Source: Chloroflexota bacterium (lineage in GTDB: Bacteria > Chloroflexota > Dehalococcoidia > DSTF01 > RBG-16-68-14). Taken from it: a stretch of 64,000 bases of DNA. Location: the NCBI GenBank assembly GCA_029262675.1, contig JAJCYW010000021.1:130146-194145 (forward strand). Direction: 5' to 3'. The notes under the pieces were generated by a model. It did no database searches, was not told where the DNA came from, and saw only the letters and a program-made list of their open reading frames with translations. A program made the position numbers and the translations under genes. Below are positions 59,606 to 64,000 of the stretch, one piece after another. Position 1 is the first letter of the stretch; each line of letters starts with the position of its first letter.

Positions 59606-60627
59606 ATTCGCGACGTGTACGTGGAAGTGTCGTAGGCGAACCACATGTCGGCGCCCGAACTGCTGTCGACGATCAGCTTGAGCTCGAGCATGTCCGTCGC
59701 CGGCACGGTGTAATCAACTGCCGGTATGCTCAGCGTCTTCACCACCCAGGTCCCGGAGCCGGCCTGCCAATCGCTCTCCGTCAGCGACCCGCTGGCGATC
59801 TCTGTGTACGAAGCGCCGTCGTAATGCCGAAGGTAGACAGTGATGCTGCCGGCGACGCTCAGGCTGAAGTTCTGGATGGCGCTGGCGAGCACAACAGTCA
59901 CGTTGCCGTCGATCACCTGGTCAGCGGCGAAGGCCGACGTCCGCCATGACTGGTGCAGCGTCGTGCCGGTCTCCGCTGGGCCTGAGCCGCCAGCGGCGAT
60001 CAGCAGACCGGCGTCCGCGTCTCGATCGCTGTCGTAGTTGTAAAGCGTCGTTGCGGTGGAGAGCGTCTTGTCGAACGGCAGCAGCGTTTGCGACGCCGTG
60101 TCGCCCACGGGCGGCGAGGGGTTGTTGTGCAGATAGTAGCGCTCGACGCCCGGCATCGGCAGCAGGCCGGACGCCACCGCGCCATTCGAGGCGACGAACG
60201 TAAGCGTGTAGTGCGTGCCCATCGCCAGCGGCGAGGCGAGCTGCAACGTGACGTGGAGCGTGGCCCGTGGGTTCCACTCGACATCGTTCTCGAACTCGTA
60301 GCTCCAGCACGGCGCCGTGCAGCCGGAGCCGCCGTAAGGCAACCCTTGGAGCGCGCCGCTGGGGCCGAAAAAGACATCGCTGCGTTCCACCGAAATGATG
60401 CGGCTGCCACCAACGTTCTTGACCCAAGCCTCCACCTGCGTGCCGCCCGGTTCGCCCCAGACCTCGACGACATCCAGCAGCGTGCTCTGGCGGTAGCTAG
60501 CGCGGTCGAAGCCGGCGACCATGACGCTGCCCGAGCGGCCGAACGCGGGCGTGATGAGGTTCGCCGTCAGGCCGATGCCGATGACAATGGCGACGACCAG
60601 CAGTACAGTAGTGATGGACTTGTCGAT
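59593..60627 (-). CDS. ArlG (FlaG)-like paralog with a large C-terminal beta-rich extension, probable AUC start
   Basis: AWVKNVG, SDVFFGP, PYGGSGCTAPCWSYEFENDVEWNP closely match arlG at 20614; ATC 60627 after AAGGAGG restores IDKSITTVLL and the TM helix. Confidence 0.8.
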   Translation of the reverse strand: MDKSITTVLLVVAIVIGIGLTANLITPAFGRSGSVMVAGFDRASYRQSTLLDVVEVWGEPGGTQVEAWVKNVGGSRIISVERSDVFFGPSGALQGLPYGGSGCTAPCWSYEFENDVEWNPRATLHVTLQLASPLAMGTHYTLTFVASNGAVASGLLPMPGVERYYLHNNPSPPVGDTASQTLLPFDKTLSTATTLYNYDSDRDADAGLLIAAGGSGPAETGTTLHQSWRTSAFAADQVIDGNVTVVLASAIQNFSLSVAGSITVYLRHYDGASYTEIASGSLTESDWQAGSGTWVVKTLSIPAVDYTVPATDMLELKLIVDSSSGADMWFAYDTSTYTSRIELP

Positions 60628-60740
60628 GGCGCGGCCTCCTTGCCCCGACGCGGCCAGCGTCGGAAGCTACTACTAGCATGAACGCTCGTAGCGTGGCGGC
60701 AGCGCAGTCCGAAAACGCCGATTAGGCTGGGGAAAGTCCC

Positions 60741-62633
60741 TTAGGGAGTTGCGGCTGCGGGAACGACGACGCCGGCAGCGATGTCCACGATCTGCACGTC
60801 GTCCGGCGCGACGTCCTTACAGGCGTTGCACTTGATGCAGCGCGCCTGATCGATCGACCAAGCCTCTTCCTCCTGGACAAACGCTTCCACCGGGCAGATG
60901 GCTGCGGCCTCCGCGAGCGCGTCGCTCGCGCCGGTGATCTCGTAGCGGATCAGGTCCCGGCAGACCTGCGCCGGACAGCGGCGGTTGTTGATGTGCTCGT
61001 CGAGCTCCTCGCGAAAGAACTCGGCGCTGCGCGACATGATCGTCGGAGAGGCCGAGCCGTGGACGCAGTTGGAGTACTGCAACGTCTGCGCGAGAATGTC
61101 CATCTTCCCGTAGTCGTCTTGGCGGCCCTCGCCGCGGGCGATACGCCGGAAGATCTCCGACATGCGCTGCGTGCCGCCGTGGCAACTCGTGCAGCGCCCG
61201 CACGATTCGTCTTCGAGAAACCACGAGAACATGACGTTGAGGTCGACGATGCAGGCCGTGTCATCGATGAAAACGATGCCGCCTCCGCCGAGAATCACGC
61301 CGTGCTCCCGGAATGCTTCGGGTTCCAGCGGCAGCTTCAGCGCGATGTGCGCGGGCAGGATACCAGCTAGCGCCGCGCCGGACTGCACGGCCTTCAGCGT
61401 CCGCCGCTCCCCCCACGGCGCGGGATCGATTGCATGGTAGAGATCGCGCAGGGCGAAACCGAACGGCAACTCCACCACGCCGACGCGCTGGATATGACCG
61501 GAGAAGCTGAAGATCTTGGTGCCGCTGTTAGCCGCCGTGCCGACCGACTGGTAGAACTCGATGCCCTTCTGGAGCATCAGCGTCACGTCGGCGTAGCTCT
61601 CCACGTTGTTGACGTTGGTCGGCTGGCCGAAGACTCCCGAGTCGGCCGGGAAGGGCGGCCGGATGCGCGGCATCCCGCGCGCATCGTCGAGCGAGGCGAG
61701 CAGGCCCGACTCCTCGCCGCAGACGTACGACCCGGCCCCTTTCCAGACGGTCAGTTCCAGCGTTACGCCGCTGCCGAGCACGTTCTCGCCCAGTAGGCCG
61801 CGTTCGCGCGCCTGCTCCACCGCGCGCTCCATGCGTTCGATGGCGAGCGGATACTCTTCGCGCAGGTAGATGAACCCAAAAGTCGCGCCGGTCGCGTGGG
61901 CCGCGATCAACATCCCTTCGAGGATGGCGTGGGGGTCGCACTCCATCATGATGCGGTTGACGAACGCGCCGGGGTCGCCTTCGTCCGCGTTGCAGATCAG
62001 GTACTTCGGTTCGCGCTCCTTGCCGCGCAGGAAGTTCCACTTCGTGCCTGTCGGGAAGTTCGAGCCGCTGCGGCCGCGCAGCGTCGACTCCTCGACCATC
62101 TTAATCAGCGCTTCGGGGTCCATCTCAGCCGCGTTGACGAAGCCGCCGTAGCCGCCGCTGGCGATGTAGTGGTCGATGTTTTCCGGGTCGATGACGCCGC
62201 AGCGCGCGATCAGCCTGCGCTCCTGCATCGCCCAGAAGTCGAAGTCCTCGAGGCGCTGCACGGCGTCCACGTCCGGGCCGGCGGCGACCGCAAACGCCAG
62301 GTCGTTGCAGACGCCTCCGCCGATGACGTCGCCGAGCAGTTTGTCGACCTTGTCCGCAGTAACGTTCTCGTAGAGGATGACCGACCCGTCTGGCTGCCGC
62401 ACTTCGACAACCGGCTCCAGCCAGCAGAGGCCGGTCTCGCCCGTGATGCCGACATCGGCGTCGAGGCCGCGCTCGTCTACGGCAGCCCGAAGGGCAGCCA
62501 GCGTCTCGTCCGCGCCGGCGGCCAGTGTGCAGGTCGCCATCGGCACGCGGATCAGCGTCCGCGGCGGCTTCTCGACCTGCTGCCAGGCCTCTGCGGCCTG
62601 GTTGCGCAGCGCTTCGTAGGCCTCGTTCGCCAC
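60741..62633 (-). CDS. NuoF/HydB-like FMN/NADH-binding Fe-S subunit
   Basis: LRGRSGSNFPTG, CNADEGDPGA, YVCGEE, NNVES, ESCGRCTSC. Confidence 0.9.
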   Translation of the reverse strand: MANEAYEALRNQAAEAWQQVEKPPRTLIRVPMATCTLAAGADETLAALRAAVDERGLDADVGITGETGLCWLEPVVEVRQPDGSVILYENVTADKVDKLLGDVIGGGVCNDLAFAVAAGPDVDAVQRLEDFDFWAMQERRLIARCGVIDPENIDHYIASGGYGGFVNAAEMDPEALIKMVEESTLRGRSGSNFPTGTKWNFLRGKEREPKYLICNADEGDPGAFVNRIMMECDPHAILEGMLIAAHATGATFGFIYLREEYPLAIERMERAVEQARERGLLGENVLGSGVTLELTVWKGAGSYVCGEESGLLASLDDARGMPRIRPPFPADSGVFGQPTNVNNVESYADVTLMLQKGIEFYQSVGTAANSGTKIFSFSGHIQRVGVVELPFGFALRDLYHAIDPAPWGERRTLKAVQSGAALAGILPAHIALKLPLEPEAFREHGVILGGGGIVFIDDTACIVDLNVMFSWFLEDESCGRCTSCHGGTQRMSEIFRRIARGEGRQDDYGKMDILAQTLQYSNCVHGSASPTIMSRSAEFFREELDEHINNRRCPAQVCRDLIRYEITGASDALAEAAAICPVEAFVQEEEAWSIDQARCIKCNACKDVAPDDVQIVDIAAGVVVPAAATP

Positions 62634-63109
62634 TACTTCGCCTCGTCCTTTAGCTCGCGGGCGAGCTTCACGGTGTCGGCGGCCGTCAGCGGCCCGACGA
62701 CCTTACCATCGACCCAAATCTGGGGCGCGAAGTCGCAGGTTCCGTTGCACTGGGCAAGGTGGAGGCCGAGCTTGTCGTTCTCGGTGTTCTCCTCCATGCC
62801 GATGCCAAGCACCGATTCCAGCACCTTGCGGACGTGGGTGCTGCCTTTCAGCCGGCAGGCCGGGCCGCTACACCAGTCGACGCGCTTCTCCGGCGGCGGC
62901 GTCAGCCGCAGCTCCGAGTAGAACGTGGCGGTGCCGTAGACGTGCGCCTCGCCCAGGCGGAGCTGCCGCGCGATAACGCCCATGGCTTCTTTGGGCACGT
63001 AGCCGTAGCGATGCTGGACCTTGTGGAGCGCGCGCAGCAGGTCGGCGTTGCCTGGCCTAAACTCGGCGACGAGCTGCTGGATTTCTAGCGTGGCTTCAGT
63101 TTCGAGCAC
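62633..63109 (-). CDS. NuoE/HydC-like [2Fe-2S] subunit
   Basis: ATFYS, CSGPAC, CNGTC. Confidence 0.9.
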   Translation of the reverse strand: MLETEATLEIQQLVAEFRPGNADLLRALHKVQHRYGYVPKEAMGVIARQLRLGEAHVYGTATFYSELRLTPPPEKRVDWCSGPACRLKGSTHVRKVLESVLGIGMEENTENDKLGLHLAQCNGTCDFAPQIWVDGKVVGPLTAADTVKLARELKDEAK

Positions 63110-63471
63110 GGCGTTCCCTTCTATTTGTGCGCTGCGTCACTATAGCAGGTGGGGTGGGCAGCGGGACAAGCGACAGGAGTCAGGGCAGATGCTCCATCAC
63201 TACACGAAGGCCACGGGGTCAGAGCGAGCCACCCTGGCCCGCAGACGGGTGAGTCCTAGCGATAGGCTGCGGCTGTGGTAGGCGACGCCCAAACGCCGAG
63301 TTCTACGATGGTAGCCGAGGTCTACATAGAATCATTAACTTACTCCGGTACGGCCCTGTACCTCCCTAAGGGGCCGCGCTCTTGGAGGGAGGCCTAGCGT
63401 CCTTGTTATCTTGGTTTGGCAGGCGTACACTTGCCAAATCTAGCCGGGCCAATCTTGAGGGAGGCAGACAC

Positions 63472-64000
63472 ATGAGGCTCGCACTAATAGCCATCGTAAT
63501 GGGTGGCGCTGCGTTGGCACTCGGCTGCAGGGATAGCGCGGACACGCTCACACTCGAAGAGTACTTTGCGGAGCTCGAAGCAATCGATAATGACCTGTCT
63601 GCGCAGTTCGAGGAAGTATTCGCAAGGTTGCCAGAGGACATGCCCGTAGAGGAGTTCCTGGCAGACGAAGCCAACCTCCTGCTAGTTAAGGATTACTTTG
63701 CCACGTTACCACCCATCATCGGTGATACCGTCGACCGCCTGAAGGCACTCGACGCGCCTTCCGAGGTCGAGAAGGAACATGACGCTCTCGTCGATGCTGG
63801 CGAGAACTTCGTGGTTGCACTGGAGAACGATAACGAGTTTGTAAATGAAGCCGAAACGATGGCTGAATTTGATGCCCTCACCGACCAACTGAATACCATC
63901 TTCGGACTATCCGCGGACCGTTTTGAGGAAGCCTGCCTCGACCTCCTTGCAGTCGGAGAGGCGCACGGCATCATCGTCGACAGTGCCACCTGTGAAGACG
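63472..64000 (+). CDS. Hypothetical acidic helical lipoprotein (truncated by window end)
   Basis: RBS GGAGG; MRLALIAIVMGGAALALGC lipobox; frame open to the edge. Confidence 0.65.
   Translation, partial: MRLALIAIVMGGAALALGCRDSADTLTLEEYFAELEAIDNDLSAQFEEVFARLPEDMPVEEFLADEANLLLVKDYFATLPPIIGDTVDRLKALDAPSEVEKEHDALVDAGENFVVALENDNEFVNEAETMAEFDALTDQLNTIFGLSADRFEEACLDLLAVGEAHGIIVDSATCED

Overview
High-GC bacterial chromosome segment. The lineage is probably Chloroflexota (Dehalococcoidia-like); this is inferred from gene content, not from a marker search. The background is housekeeping and metabolic: acnA, leuS, tRNA-Arg(CCG), gdhA, a stand-alone 5S rRNA, treZ, acsA, a Re-citrate-synthase-like enzyme, split MetE, mutL, mutS, a thiolase and a NuoE/NuoF-like pair. 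The standout is a near-complete ARCHAELLUM (archaeal flagellum) cluster on the minus strand at 16047-23561: two archaellins, an ArlCDE-like protein, arlG, arlF, arlH, arlI and arlJ. It is followed by an acidic unknown protein, a lytic transglycosylase-M23 peptidase fusion and a GOLD-like protein, and preceded by a GT87-type membrane glycosyltransferase. A second, C-terminally extended arlG paralog lies about 38 kb away. Both arlG genes appear to start at a non-canonical AUC codon, and several of these genes share upstream sigma-28-like motifs. From memory, archaella in Chloroflexota have been reported, so the core is rare rather than unprecedented; the accessory and regulatory features are the likelier novelties. 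Also seen: a 6S-like rod-shaped ncRNA, REP-like hairpins, a frameshifted HPP gene and three isolated lower-GC genes. No CRISPR array, integrase or transposase was seen.
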